A DNA stretch of 64,000 bases from an uncultured Planctomycetota bacterium. Lineage in GTDB: Bacteria; Planctomycetota; Planctomycetia; Pirellulales; Lacipirellulaceae. A model generated the notes under the pieces. It made no database searches, had not been told where the DNA came from, and worked only from the letters and a program-made list of their open reading frames with translations. Positions 54,488 to 64,000 of the stretch are shown here, in pieces (position 1 is the stretch's first letter; each line of letters starts with the position of its first letter). The translations under genes were made by a program, and so were the position numbers. The stretch covers positions 1 through 64,000 of the forward strand of contig CAVRBU010000017.1 of NCBI GenBank assembly GCA_963719315.1. The letters run 5' to 3'.

Positions 54488-54982
54488 GTGTTTGACCTTG
54501 GCACGATCACGATCGTCTCCGGCGGCCAAACAGGCGCGGACCGGGCTGCGCTCGATTTTGCGATCAAGCATGGCATTCCGCATGGCGGCTGGTGCCCACG
54601 CGGCAGAATGGCCGAGGATGGTCGTCTGCCGGCTCGTTATGCGTTGCGCGAAACGCCGTCGCGCAAGTATGCCGAGCGGACCGAGTGGAATGTTCGCGAC
54701 AGCGATGCGACGGTCGTGTTCAGCATCGGCGCGGAGCCGCGAGGCGGCACGCGGTTGACGCTTGTGCTGGCCGAGCGTCTCGGCAAACCGGTGCTGCATC
54801 TGAGTCGCGATGCCTTAAGCGGTGAAGCGGTCGGCGCGGTGGCCGCCGCAGCCGCTCAACTGGAGGCGTTTCTCGATGAACATGCGGTGCAAACGCTGAA
54901 CATTGCTGGACCGCGCGCTTCTCAAGAGCCAGAAATCGCGGCCTTCGTCGGCGGTGTGCTGCAAGCGATGCTGATGGCTTGA
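54488..54982 (+). CDS. Putative molybdenum-carrier/cpYpsA SLOG family protein
   Basis: IVSGGQTGADRAALD, GGWCPRGR, RTEWNVRDSDAT, LNIAGPRAS. Confidence 0.88.
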   Translation: MFDLGTITIVSGGQTGADRAALDFAIKHGIPHGGWCPRGRMAEDGRLPARYALRETPSRKYAERTEWNVRDSDATVVFSIGAEPRGGTRLTLVLAERLGKPVLHLSRDALSGEAVGAVAAAAAQLEAFLDEHAVQTLNIAGPRASQEPEIAAFVGGVLQAMLMA

Positions 54983-54996
54983 CGATTCTCGGCGTT

Positions 54997-55036
54997 GGCA
55001 GACGTTCCTGTCGGCAGACAAAAATGTCTGCCCCAC
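54997..55036 (-). repeat. GTGG-type REP-like palindrome with partial second copy
   Basis: GTGGGGCAGACATTTTTGTCTGCC on the minus strand, plus GGCAGACGTTCCTGTC. Confidence 0.6.
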
Positions 55037-55123
55037 GGGGCTTGAACGTGTCGTGCGCTTCCGACTACTTTAAGTGCGGCTTGGTTTACCGCAATTCACT
55101 CCGCGCGAAGCTCGATACAACTC

Positions 55124-56044
55124 ATGGCACTTCAAATCTCCCCCGACAAAACCCGCATCGGCTGGATCGGAACCGGCGTGATGGGCCGCTCGATGTGTGG
55201 CCACCTTATCGCCGCCGGATATAAGACAACGCTGTTCACGCGTTCCAAGGAGAAGGCGTCCGATCTGATCGAACGCGGCGCCAAGTGGGTGGCGTCGCCG
55301 CGCGAGGTGGCGGCCCAGTCGGACGCGATCATTTCGATCGTCGGGTTTCCGAGCGACGTCCGCGAAGTGTTGTTGGGCGAGGATGGCGCGCTTGCCGGCG
55401 CCAAAGCAGACAGTGTGTTGATCGACATGACCACGAGTGAGCCGTCGCTCGCCGTGGAGATCGCGGAGCAGGCGAAGATGCGTGGCGTAGTGAGCATCGA
55501 CGCGCCCGTTTCGGGCGGCGACGTCGGGGCCCGCAACGCTGCGCTTTCGATCATGATCGGCGGTGATGCCGACACGGTCGCGGCGCTGGAGCCCATCTGG
55601 AAGACGATGGGCGCAAAGTTTATACGCCAAGGTGGACCCGGCGCCGGGCAGCACACGAAGATGGTCAATCAGGTGTTGATCGCGACCGGCATGATCGGTG
55701 TGTGCGAAGCGCTTCTTTATGGCTATAAGGCGGGCCTCGATCTGGAGAAAGTTTTGGAATCGGTCGCCTCCGGGGCAGCCGGCAGTTGGTCGCTCTCGAA
55801 CTATGGCCCGCGGATCATCGCCGGAAACTTCGATCCAGGTTTCTTCGTGGAACATTTCATCAAGGATATGGGCATCGCGCTCGCCGAAGCGCGGAGGATG
55901 AGCATTGCGCTGCCTGGGCTCGCGCTGGCCGAGCAACTCTATCAGGCGGTGGCAGCACAAGGTTATGCCCGCATGGGGACACATTCATTGATGCTGGCAC
56001 TTGCGCAGATATCGGGCCTCGACTGGCAACAGCGGGGAAAATAA
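55124..56044 (+). CDS. NAD(P)-dependent beta-hydroxyacid dehydrogenase (3-hydroxyisobutyrate dehydrogenase family)
   Basis: [30 protein letters not shown]. Confidence 0.92.
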   Translation: MALQISPDKTRIGWIGTGVMGRSMCGHLIAAGYKTTLFTRSKEKASDLIERGAKWVASPREVAAQSDAIISIVGFPSDVREVLLGEDGALAGAKADSVLIDMTTSEPSLAVEIAEQAKMRGVVSIDAPVSGGDVGARNAALSIMIGGDADTVAALEPIWKTMGAKFIRQGGPGAGQHTKMVNQVLIATGMIGVCEALLYGYKAGLDLEKVLESVASGAAGSWSLSNYGPRIIAGNFDPGFFVEHFIKDMGIALAEARRMSIALPGLALAEQLYQAVAAQGYARMGTHSLMLALAQISGLDWQQRGK

Positions 56045-56163
56045 GCGTCGGAACAGCATCTCGGCGCTGATTGGAATGGTGTCGGCCCTTGACCCGGCAT
56101 AGCCACTGGGGATGATACGGGGAGTAACTTTCCGGTCAAAACCGCGTTTTCAGGAGCCTGGAC

Positions 56164-56838
56164 ATGATGCGTATGTTTGGATTGATGGGCGTTGCCGTGG
56201 CGGCATTTATGGTGGCGGGCTGCCAGGAAGCGAAGTCAAAATCGCCGGATGCAAATGCTCCCGCCAAGGTGGACAGCCAAGTCACCCAAGCTACGGCGAC
56301 AAGCGACGCGGACGACAAGTCAATAAAGATCGGCGACAAGGGTCCCGCCTGGGAAGACCTGATGGGAACCGACGACAAGCCGCACAGCCTGAAAGACCTC
56401 AAGAAGAGCAAGGCGGTTGCCGTCGTCTTTACGTGCAACACCTGTCCCGTGGCGCAGGCTTACGAGGAACGCCTCGAAAAGCTGTCGAACGATTACAAGG
56501 AAAAGGGCGTTGCGATCGTGGCGATCAACGTCAATGACGATCCGCGCAACAATCTGGATGCGATGAAACAACGGGCTGAGAAGAAGGGCTTCACGTACGC
56601 CTATCTCATCGATCCGTCGCAACAAATTGGCCGCGAATATGGCGCCGTCTGCACGCCGCACGTGTTCCTGCTCGATAGTGAGCGAAAGATCGCGTACATG
56701 GGCGCCATCGACGACAACATGAATGCAGATTCCGTCAAGCATCATCATTTGCAGGACGCAATCGATGCCGTGCTGGCCGGCAAGGCGGCGGCGGTGGGCA
56801 AGACCAAGCCAGTCGGCTGTGGCATTCAATATAATTAG
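56164..56838 (+). CDS. Thioredoxin-fold (AhpC/TSA-like) lipoprotein
   Basis: Lipobox VAGC, FTCNTCP, YGAVCTP, YMGAIDD, PVGCGI. Confidence 0.88.
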   Translation: MMRMFGLMGVAVAAFMVAGCQEAKSKSPDANAPAKVDSQVTQATATSDADDKSIKIGDKGPAWEDLMGTDDKPHSLKDLKKSKAVAVVFTCNTCPVAQAYEERLEKLSNDYKEKGVAIVAINVNDDPRNNLDAMKQRAEKKGFTYAYLIDPSQQIGREYGAVCTPHVFLLDSERKIAYMGAIDDNMNADSVKHHHLQDAIDAVLAGKAAAVGKTKPVGCGIQYN

Positions 56839-56851
56839 ACGCGGATGAATC

Positions 56852-57427
56852 GTGCGAACGTCTTCGTTATGGGTCGTCGTCGTTCTGGTGAGTATGGCGG
56901 TATACGGCTGCGGGTCGACGACGACTCGCGAATCGCCGGACATATCGGCGTCGGTCAAGTCGGTACCAGCAGCGACAATCCCGATTGACTTGGCCATAGT
57001 TGACCGCGCCGCTTACGACGCCGCGCTCGCTAAATACCGCGGCAAGGTGGTGCTGGTGGATTTCTGGGCTACGTGGTGCCAGCCCTGCGTCGAGCAGTTG
57101 CCGCACACGCTGGAGTTCGGCCAGAAGCTGGCCGATCGAGGTTTGGCGGTCGTCACCGTCAGTTGTGACGAGCCGACGGAAGCCGATCGGATCAAGCAAT
57201 TCCTGGCCGAGGAGCAGGCCGGCGGTGCTACGAATCTGATCAGTCAATTCGGCGGCAGCCAGCAGACGATGGAGGCGTTCGAAGTCACGAACGGCGCGGT
57301 GCCGTTCTACAAAATATATGACCGCGGGGGTAAGCTGCGGCAGACGTTCGGGATCGATCCGGCGGCAAAAAAGCAGTTCACACCGGCGGATATCGAAGCC
57401 GCTATCGAACAATTGCTGGCCGAGTAG
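56852..57427 (+). CDS. TlpA-family disulfide reductase lipoprotein
   Basis: Lipobox VYGC, DFWATWCQPC. Confidence 0.9.
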   Translation: MRTSSLWVVVVLVSMAVYGCGSTTTRESPDISASVKSVPAATIPIDLAIVDRAAYDAALAKYRGKVVLVDFWATWCQPCVEQLPHTLEFGQKLADRGLAVVTVSCDEPTEADRIKQFLAEEQAGGATNLISQFGGSQQTMEAFEVTNGAVPFYKIYDRGGKLRQTFGIDPAAKKQFTPADIEAAIEQLLAE

Positions 57428-57500
57428 GTCCCTTCTGCCGGAAGGGACCTCAGTGAATACTTGGAGACTTGCGATTCAGCTGAGGTCCCGCTCGGCAAGC
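57424..57500. repeat. GTAG-type REP with truncated partner
   Basis: GTAGGTCCCTTCTGCCGGAAGGGACCT overlaps the TlpA stop; partial AGGTCCCGCTCGGCAAGC downstream. Confidence 0.6.
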
Positions 57501-57765
57501 AGAAGTTGCTTTTGCAATTGAGGTTGACGATCGTCGAATATTTTTGACCTATTTTGAGCGTTTTGCCGCATATTGTGCCCGTTTTAGGGTCAGGCTAGGC
57601 GGCCTGCCAAGATCTGAGACCGCCCTGCGAATAAGAAACGCCGGCGACTTGCGGTGCAGTGGCCCCTGACCACTAGACGCTGCGCCGGCGCAACATGATA
57701 TTTAGAAGACCACCCCGATCGTGGGTGGTGAGTTTGTTCCCATTTTGTTTCAGGAGACCAAGGCA

Positions 57766-57918
57766 ATGAAGAAGCTATTTGCTCTGATGCTGCTGGTGAC
57801 GGCGATGGCCGTTACCGGCTGCGGTGAAAAAAAGACGACGAAGCCCGCTGCGACCCCGGCTGACGGCGGAGCAGCTCCGCCAGCAGCCGCACCGGCCGAG
57901 GGCGGTGAAAAGAAGTAA
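57766..57918 (+). CDS. Small Pro/Ala-rich lipoprotein (50 aa)
   Basis: AGGAG RBS; MKKLFALMLLVTAMAVTGC lipobox. Confidence 0.8.
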   Translation: MKKLFALMLLVTAMAVTGCGEKKTTKPAATPADGGAAPPAAAPAEGGEKK

Positions 57919-57957
57919 TTCATCCGCCGCCGTGGCGGTTTGATCGATAGATTTGCG

Positions 57958-58012
57958 AGCCGCGATTGGACGGTGCTGCCGAAAGGCGGACCGTTCGCTC
58001 GCGGCTTTTTTT
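57958..58012 (+). terminator. Intrinsic terminator
   Basis: AGCCGCGA...GCCGAAAGGC...TCGCGGCT stem followed by a T-run. Confidence 0.7.
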
Positions 58013-58136
58013 GTTTTTCCAGCTGGGTGATATGGTCGACGGCGAAGAGCGAATAATGCTTTGAAACAGAATAGCCGCGACGCTACTCGTCGCAAAGTCC
58101 GGTGATGCGTCGCATCGCGGCTAACACGATCGCTAA

Positions 58137-59357
58137 CTATTGCAAATCGACGTGAGGCAGCTTGTGCCCTAGTTTGTCGCGCTTGGTGGCGAGATACCGG
58201 GCGTTGTGCTCGTTCATGGGGGGCATGATGGGGATTTGATCCACCACTTCCAGATCGAACCCGCCGTAGATGAAGGCGTCGGTTTTTTTGGGGTTATTCG
58301 TGAGGAGCCGGACTTTGCGCAAGCCTAAATCTTTCAAGAGCTGGATGCCCACACCATAGTCGCGCGGGTCGGCTTTGTAGCCGAGGGCGAGATTCGCTTC
58401 GACGGTGTCGAGGCCCTGGTCCTGGAGCGAGTAGGCTTTGATTTTCTCCGTAATTCCGATGCCGCGGCCCTCTTGGGGCAGGTAGACGAGCACGCCCGCC
58501 CCCTCGTTTTTGATCATGTCGAGGGCCATGTGGAGTTGGTCGCCGCAATCGCAGCGGAGCGATTCGAGCAAGTCGCCGGTGAAGCACGAAGAGTGCAGCC
58601 GCACGAGCGGCGCCGCCACCTTGGCGGGGTCGCCCAGCACGAACACGAGCGGCTGCTGCGATTCGTATTTCACGCCGTAGGCGATGATCGTGCCGGTGCC
58701 ATACTTGGTGGGCAGTCGGGCTTCGGCCTCGCGATAAACGAGCTTTTCGCGGACGCGGCGGTACGCGATGAGTTGTTCGATGGAAATGATCGGCAGCTTG
58801 TATTGGCGGGCCAGATTGTGCAACTGCTCTCGGTTGGCGCGGTCTCCCGAGTCGTTCAGAATTTCGCACAACACGCCGGCGGGCAGCAATCCGGCCAGAC
58901 GGGCGAGATCCACGGCGGCCTCGGTGTGGCCGGCGCGGCGGAGCACGCCGCCTTCTTTGGCGACGAGCGGAAACAGGTGGCCCGGACGATTGAAGTCAGC
59001 CGGCTTGCTCGTCGGATCGCAAATCGCTTGGATGGTGCGGGCTCGTTCGGCGGCGGTAATGCCGGTGCGTGTGGAACAATGATCGACGGGAACCGTGTAA
59101 TTGGTGCCAAGTGGAGCCGTGTTGGCTTCGACCATCGGGTGAAGAGCGAGCCGCTGGCTGAGTTCGGGCAGGATCGGCATACAGAGCTGCCCGCGGCCCA
59201 TGCTGATCATGAAGTTGACCGACTCGGCCGTGGCCAACTGGGCGGCGCAGAGAAAGTCGCCCTCGTTTTCGCGGTCTTCGGCGTCGACGGCGACGATGAT
59301 CCGCCCCTGACGAATGGCCTCGGTCGCCTCTTCGATCGTGGAAAATGGTGAGCTCAC
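58137..59357 (-). CDS. ribBA: Bifunctional DHBP synthase / GTP cyclohydrolase II
   Basis: DRENEGD, RPGHLFPL, GHTEA, VRLHSSC.TGD, RCDCG, QEGRGIG, LLTNNP. Confidence 0.96.
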   Translation of the reverse strand: MSSPFSTIEEATEAIRQGRIIVAVDAEDRENEGDFLCAAQLATAESVNFMISMGRGQLCMPILPELSQRLALHPMVEANTAPLGTNYTVPVDHCSTRTGITAAERARTIQAICDPTSKPADFNRPGHLFPLVAKEGGVLRRAGHTEAAVDLARLAGLLPAGVLCEILNDSGDRANREQLHNLARQYKLPIISIEQLIAYRRVREKLVYREAEARLPTKYGTGTIIAYGVKYESQQPLVFVLGDPAKVAAPLVRLHSSCFTGDLLESLRCDCGDQLHMALDMIKNEGAGVLVYLPQEGRGIGITEKIKAYSLQDQGLDTVEANLALGYKADPRDYGVGIQLLKDLGLRKVRLLTNNPKKTDAFIYGGFDLEVVDQIPIMPPMNEHNARYLATKRDKLGHKLPHVDLQ

Positions 59358-59553
59358 GCGGTACCTTCGTCTGATTCGTTTGCGGTCGGAGAATGCCGAG
59401 CTAGGCCCGGCGGCGGCACGTTTCTATGATACGTATTATAAATGGTTGCGGGAGCGCGACCAACGAGCCTGGGTACGATTGTTAGGTGATTACTGGTCGC
59501 TGAAGCGACCAGACTTTTGAGAAACGCCGGGAAAGTCAGGGAAAGCGAATCTT

Positions 59554-60476
59554 ATGGAAGTGCTTGCGCGAAATTCTTTGGCTGTCGCAATCTCATTCGT
59601 GTTCTCTGGATTGGCGGTTGCAGAGGAGCCGGCGGTGGAAGTGCTGCGCAGCCGGACGTACGTGACGCGCGACACCAGCCCGCTCGAGGCGGACGTTTAC
59701 ATGCCGCATGGTTCCGGCCCGTTTCCGGGGATGCTGGTCGTCCACGGCGGCGCGTGGCGGATCGGTTCGCGTGCGCAGTTGGCGAGCGCCGCAGCGAAAT
59801 TCGCCGAGGATGGCTATACGGCGGTGACCATCAGCTATCGGCTCGCACCGCAATCGATCTTTCCCGCCCAGATATACGATTGTCAGGCGGCCGTGCGGTG
59901 GATGCGCACGCACGCCAGCGAATTCAAAATCGATCCTCAGCGGATTGGCGGATTCGGGTATTCCGCCGGCGGCCATTTGGTCGCTCTGTTGGGAACATTG
60001 GATGACGACGACTTCAAGGAGGCGAGCGTCTCGGCCGATGCGCCGACGCGCGATTGCAATGTGTGCTGGGAGGAGGCGCGCCGTGCGATTTCCGCGACAT
60101 CCCGTCGGATAGCGGCATGTTGAGTTATTGGCTAGGAGGTACGCGGGCGGAGAAGCCGGAGAACTACCGCAACGCGTCGCCTGCCAACTTTATCACATCT
60201 GACGATCCGCCAATGTATTTTTTCAGCGGCGAAGACGATGTGCTGGTTCCGATCGCAAGCCCGCGGCGAATGGTTGAGTCGTTGAAAGCGGCAAAGGTGC
60301 CGGCGGAAATGTACACGGTGAAGAATTCAGGGCATCTGCAGACCTTATTCGATCGCGGGGCGATTGAACACGCGGTAGCGTTTGCGGATAAGTATTTGAA
60401 GGACGAGGCATTTTCACAAACCGTCGGGGGCGGAAACGCTCCGGCTCGCTCAAACGGGACACGCGATGGACAGTGA
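59554..60476 (+). CDS. Exported alpha/beta hydrolase (esterase-like); frameshift ~60050
   Basis: HGGAW and GYSAGG in the first ORF; GEDDVLVP and SGH in the second. Confidence 0.88.
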
Positions 60477-61434
60477 GCCGCAGGCTTCACCACTGGCGCC
60501 GCTGGGCCGCGAGGAATACATCGAGCAGGCGCACTTCTTTAGGTCGCTGGGAGAGCGGCTAGAGGAAAACGTTCCAGCTCAGGAGGTGTTGGCCTCGGTC
60601 CGGGAGGAAGCGCTCGCCACGACCAAGTTGCCGTTGGCGATTGATTTTTTGCTGGGCGAGTTGAAGCACGAAGGCGTCCTCGGTCCGGCGATGGCGCAGT
60701 TGCCGCATTACTTCACGCCGTTCCAGTCGTTTGTGGTTCAAGAATCCGAAAACGAGCGGATGCGGTTCGATCTTCGAGTGGGCCTGGAAATCCTCCGCCG
60801 CGAGGCGGAGTACCGGGCCGGCGAGCCGACGCGGCAAGGCGTTTTTCTGTATCAATTCGAGGTGCTCTGCCGAAATCGGCTGGGCTATGACCGGGGCCTG
60901 GCAGCGGTCGCCAATGATCCCGGTTTTGACGGCGCCTGGCGGAATTGGATTCGAAAACTGCGGCGTCAGATCGGCATGGTTGAGATCGCGGACGTGATTT
61001 ACGTGCACAGCGAGTATTACTGGCAGCGCCGTCGCGGCGGCCAATCCGAGACTCACGACAAGATTGGCCACGACGGGGAGCGGAGCACCGAGGGGCGCGG
61101 CCAGGGCGTGGCGAGTAGAACGCAGTCCCTGGCAGGCGAGGATGCCGAGGTTTCCCCGGAAGCTGAGCGGATTATCCTCTTTGGCGAGCGTGAGGGACGC
61201 ATTGCCTTGGCGAACCGCAAAAAAGACCCGCTGTATCTATTTTCCTCGCTCCACCGGCAACTTGGCTACCCGGAGGTGCCGCGCGTGAAGGCTGCCGACA
61301 AGGAGGAGGCCCTGCTGCCGCAGCTAGCTCGGCGGCTGGAACAACTCGAAACACGGCTTAAGATCATGGAGGAGGAACAGCGGGGGGGGCTGGATTTGAC
61401 GAAGTTTTACGAGCGGCCGCCAGGAGCACCCTGA
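60466..61434 (+). CDS. Hypothetical protein
   Basis: 322-aa ORF overlapping the upstream gene end, with coiled-coil C-terminus; no function recognised. Confidence 0.75.
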   Translation: MDSEPQASPLAPLGREEYIEQAHFFRSLGERLEENVPAQEVLASVREEALATTKLPLAIDFLLGELKHEGVLGPAMAQLPHYFTPFQSFVVQESENERMRFDLRVGLEILRREAEYRAGEPTRQGVFLYQFEVLCRNRLGYDRGLAAVANDPGFDGAWRNWIRKLRRQIGMVEIADVIYVHSEYYWQRRRGGQSETHDKIGHDGERSTEGRGQGVASRTQSLAGEDAEVSPEAERIILFGEREGRIALANRKKDPLYLFSSLHRQLGYPEVPRVKAADKEEALLPQLARRLEQLETRLKIMEEEQRGGLDLTKFYERPPGAP

Positions 61435-61796
61435 GGCAAGAGTTGCGGCCACGGGGCGGACTGTCGCATGCCTATTTATTTTCTTTTGGACTCACCAATT
61501 GTTACTTTCCGTCCCATTTTGGTGGAATTAGAGACTCCTGCCCCTTCCAGCGGCGTTCACCCCATCGGTTGTAGGGATTAAATAATTCAGCAAAAAACCG
61601 TAGTTTCTGCGGTTCAATGGAAGCGAATCGCGTGGTAAATTTGTTTAATGGCGCCGAATAGGACGCCGTTTGGCAGTGCATCCCGCCGAATGTGTTCTCG
61701 CGCATGAAGTGCACTTGGCCTCAGTGACGGCCCATTGAAGAAAACTTGCCGTGCAGATTGCGGATTGGCCGCAGTCAGAGTTTGATTATTTCAGCC

Positions 61797-62273
61797 ATGT
61801 CCAACAACGTGGACTTTCAGCTAAGCCTAGAGAGCGAAGGGGTTGGTTCGGCCTACCCCGATCAACCGCTGGCCGCGACGGCCGACGATAGCGTTGGCAA
61901 CGTAATGCAACTGATGCGGGCGCAGCGCACGGGCTCCGCATTGATTTGTGACGGCTCTCGGCTTGTTGGCATTGTCACGGAACGCGATGCGCTGAAGTTA
62001 ATGGCCAGCACAGCCGATTTTTCGGCGCCGGTTCGCGAGATCATGTCGAGTCCGCCGGTCACGATCGCGAGTTCCGCCACCGTGGGCGAAGCGATCCGCC
62101 AGATGGCAGAAGGAGGCTACCGCCACCTGCCAATCGTCGACAACGACCACAAACCGACCGGTGTGTTAGCCGCCCATGGTATCGTGCATTACTTGGTCGA
62201 CCATTTTCCGGAAACCGTGTACAACCTGCCTCCCGATCCAAAGGGTAAGCCGCGTGAGCGGGAAGGCGCATAA
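61797..62273 (+). CDS. CBS-domain pair protein
   Basis: LVGIVTERD, YRHLPIVD. Confidence 0.9.
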   Translation: MSNNVDFQLSLESEGVGSAYPDQPLAATADDSVGNVMQLMRAQRTGSALICDGSRLVGIVTERDALKLMASTADFSAPVREIMSSPPVTIASSATVGEAIRQMAEGGYRHLPIVDNDHKPTGVLAAHGIVHYLVDHFPETVYNLPPDPKGKPREREGA

Positions 62274-62470
62274 TAATTGGCCGCCCGGCGGCAATATTTG
62301 TCGGGCGGCTTCAATCATCCAACAATACTTGATAGACGAGGAACCCAGGCCGGTCGTTTGGCGCCGCATTGATGCTAGCGACCGAAAAGAGCAGAGGCTT
62401 CGGCCAACACTCTGTCCCCTACCCCAACATCCTCAGTTCGGCACCTGAGGTCGAGGATTTGCCCCGAACG

Positions 62471-64000
62471 ATGGCTACTATCGCAGCATTAGATAAACAA
62501 TCCCGCACACTCGACGAAGCCACGGTTCGGTTCTGTGGCGACTCGGGTGACGGCATGCAATTGGCCGGTACACAATTCACCAATACATCGGCCCTGATGG
62601 GCAACGACATCGCGACATTCCCGGACTTCCCGGCCGAAATTCGCGCGCCGCAGGGCACGCTCGCGGGAGTCAGCGGTTTCCAGGTCCATTTTTCCAGCAC
62701 CGACATTTACACGCCGGGCGATACGGTGGACGCCCTGGTGGCGATGAATCCGGCCGCCCTGGCGACGAATATCGGCGACCTGCGAACTGGCGGCATCCTG
62801 ATCGTCAACAGCGATGCGTTCGAGGGGAAAGGTCTCGACCAGGCCGGCTACGAAACCAATCCGCTGGAAGACGGCTCGCTCAAGCCATATCGCATTCATC
62901 CGGTGGCAATGACGAAGCTGACACGCGCATCGGTCGACGGGCTGGAAATGAGCCAGAAGGAAAAGGACCGTTGTCGGAACTTCTTCGCGATGGGTCTGGT
63001 GTTCTGGCTGTACGATCGGCCGCTGGAACCGACTCTCCGATATATCAACGATAAGTTTGGCAAGAAACCAGAGATCGCCCAAGCCAACACGGCCGCTTTG
63101 AAAGCCGGCTACCATTACGGCGAGACGGTCGAAGCGATCAACACACAATTTCACGTGCCGAAGGCGAAACTGCCCCCCGGCAAGTACACGAGCATCGTGG
63201 GCAACACGGCGCTGGCTTATGGGTTGATGTCGGCCGCCCGCCTCAGCAACAAGCGACTGTTCCTGGGTGCTTATCCGATCACGCCGGCCAGCAGCATCTT
63301 GGAAGAACTGGCTCGACACAAGAATTTTGACGTACTGACGTTTCAGGCCGAAGACGAAATCGCCGCGATGACGGCCACGATCGGCGCGGCATTCGCCGGC
63401 GCGATGGCCGTTACGGCCAGTAGCGGTCCGGGAATCGCTCTCAAGGGCGAGGGTCTCGGTCTGGCGATCATGACCGAGTTGCCGATGGTCGTTATCAATG
63501 TGCAGCGCGGCGGTCCGTCGACGGGTTTGCCGACCAAGACCGAGCAAGCCGACTTGTTCCAAGCGATCTTCGGCCGCAACGGCGAGTGCCCGATGCCCGT
63601 CCTTGCAGCGTGCAGCCCGGCCGATTGCTTTGACGTGGCTCAGGAAGCGTGGCGGATTGCGGTCCGTTACATGGTGCCCGTGATGTTGCTCACGGACGGG
63701 TACATCGCCAACGGTTCCGAACCGTGGCGGATTCCGAAGTATTCCGACTTAAAGAAGATCGAGGTCACCCACCCCGGCCCAGCCTCGAACGGGGATACGT
63801 TTCTGCCCTACCGCCGCGACGAGCGGCTCGCCCGACCCTGGGCGATTCCCGGCACGCCCGGTTTGGAGCACCGCATCGGCGGCCTCGAAAAGCAAGACAT
63901 TACCGGCAATGTTAGCTACGATCCGGCGAACCACCAGCACATGGTGAACTTGCGGGCCGATAAAGTCGCGCGGGTCGCGAACGAAATTCCGCCGCAAAAG
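62471..64000 (+). CDS. 2-oxoacid:ferredoxin oxidoreductase alpha subunit (KorA-like), truncated by the window end
   Basis: Hand translation: [52 protein letters not shown]; absent from the ORF track because it has no stop. Confidence 0.93.
   Translation, partial: MATIAALDKQSRTLDEATVRFCGDSGDGMQLAGTQFTNTSALMGNDIATFPDFPAEIRAPQGTLAGVSGFQVHFSSTDIYTPGDTVDALVAMNPAALATNIGDLRTGGILIVNSDAFEGKGLDQAGYETNPLEDGSLKPYRIHPVAMTKLTRASVDGLEMSQKEKDRCRNFFAMGLVFWLYDRPLEPTLRYINDKFGKKPEIAQANTAALKAGYHYGETVEAINTQFHVPKAKLPPGKYTSIVGNTALAYGLMSAARLSNKRLFLGAYPITPASSILEELARHKNFDVLTFQAEDEIAAMTATIGAAFAGAMAVTASSGPGIALKGEGLGLAIMTELPMVVINVQRGGPSTGLPTKTEQADLFQAIFGRNGECPMPVLAACSPADCFDVAQEAWRIAVRYMVPVMLLTDGYIANGSEPWRIPKYSDLKKIEVTHPGPASNGDTFLPYRRDERLARPWAIPGTPGLEHRIGGLEKQDITGNVSYDPANHQHMVNLRADKVARVANEIPPQK

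Noticed and set aside
57585..57695. Hairpins upstream of the small lipoprotein as a riboswitch
   Set aside because: Short GC stems are expected by chance; no known consensus.
62489..63562. 357-aa minus-strand ORF
   Set aside because: Antisense shadow of the oxidoreductase alpha subunit, which the ORF track missed.

Overview
GC-rich bacterial DNA, most consistent with a planctomycete (Pirellulales/Lacipirellulaceae-like). This is inferred from a DUF1559 prepilin-like gene, an ECF sigma plus Ser/Thr kinase pair, and four PEP-CTERM proteins carrying the GDYNxDGxVDxxDYxxWR dockerin-like motif. The first ~9.6 kb looks accessory: an ECF sigma factor, a zinc-finger/kinase/heme-c sensor fusion, three PEP-CTERM genes and a complete ISKra4-like element with a 9-bp target duplication. 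The rest is mostly core or envelope genes: ABC exporter, TIGR03790-like and large TPR proteins, floA, YceI, smpB, a non-canonical ketosynthase, Rrf2 regulator plus cysH, ugd, a PEP-CTERM aspartic protease, Tad-like pilins, gyrA, dnaE, UDP-glucuronate decarboxylase, thioredoxin-fold proteins, ribBA and a truncated 2-oxoacid:ferredoxin oxidoreductase alpha subunit. A second IS (IS5-like) splits one of two tandem paralogs. Intergenic spaces hold several REP-like palindromes and nested short-tandem-repeat palindromes, and there are two orphan antitoxin-like genes. About a dozen single-base frameshifts look like long-read indel errors, so split genes were reconstructed by eye. I recognised no rRNA, tRNA or CRISPR array. 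All family calls come from motif recognition, not database searches.
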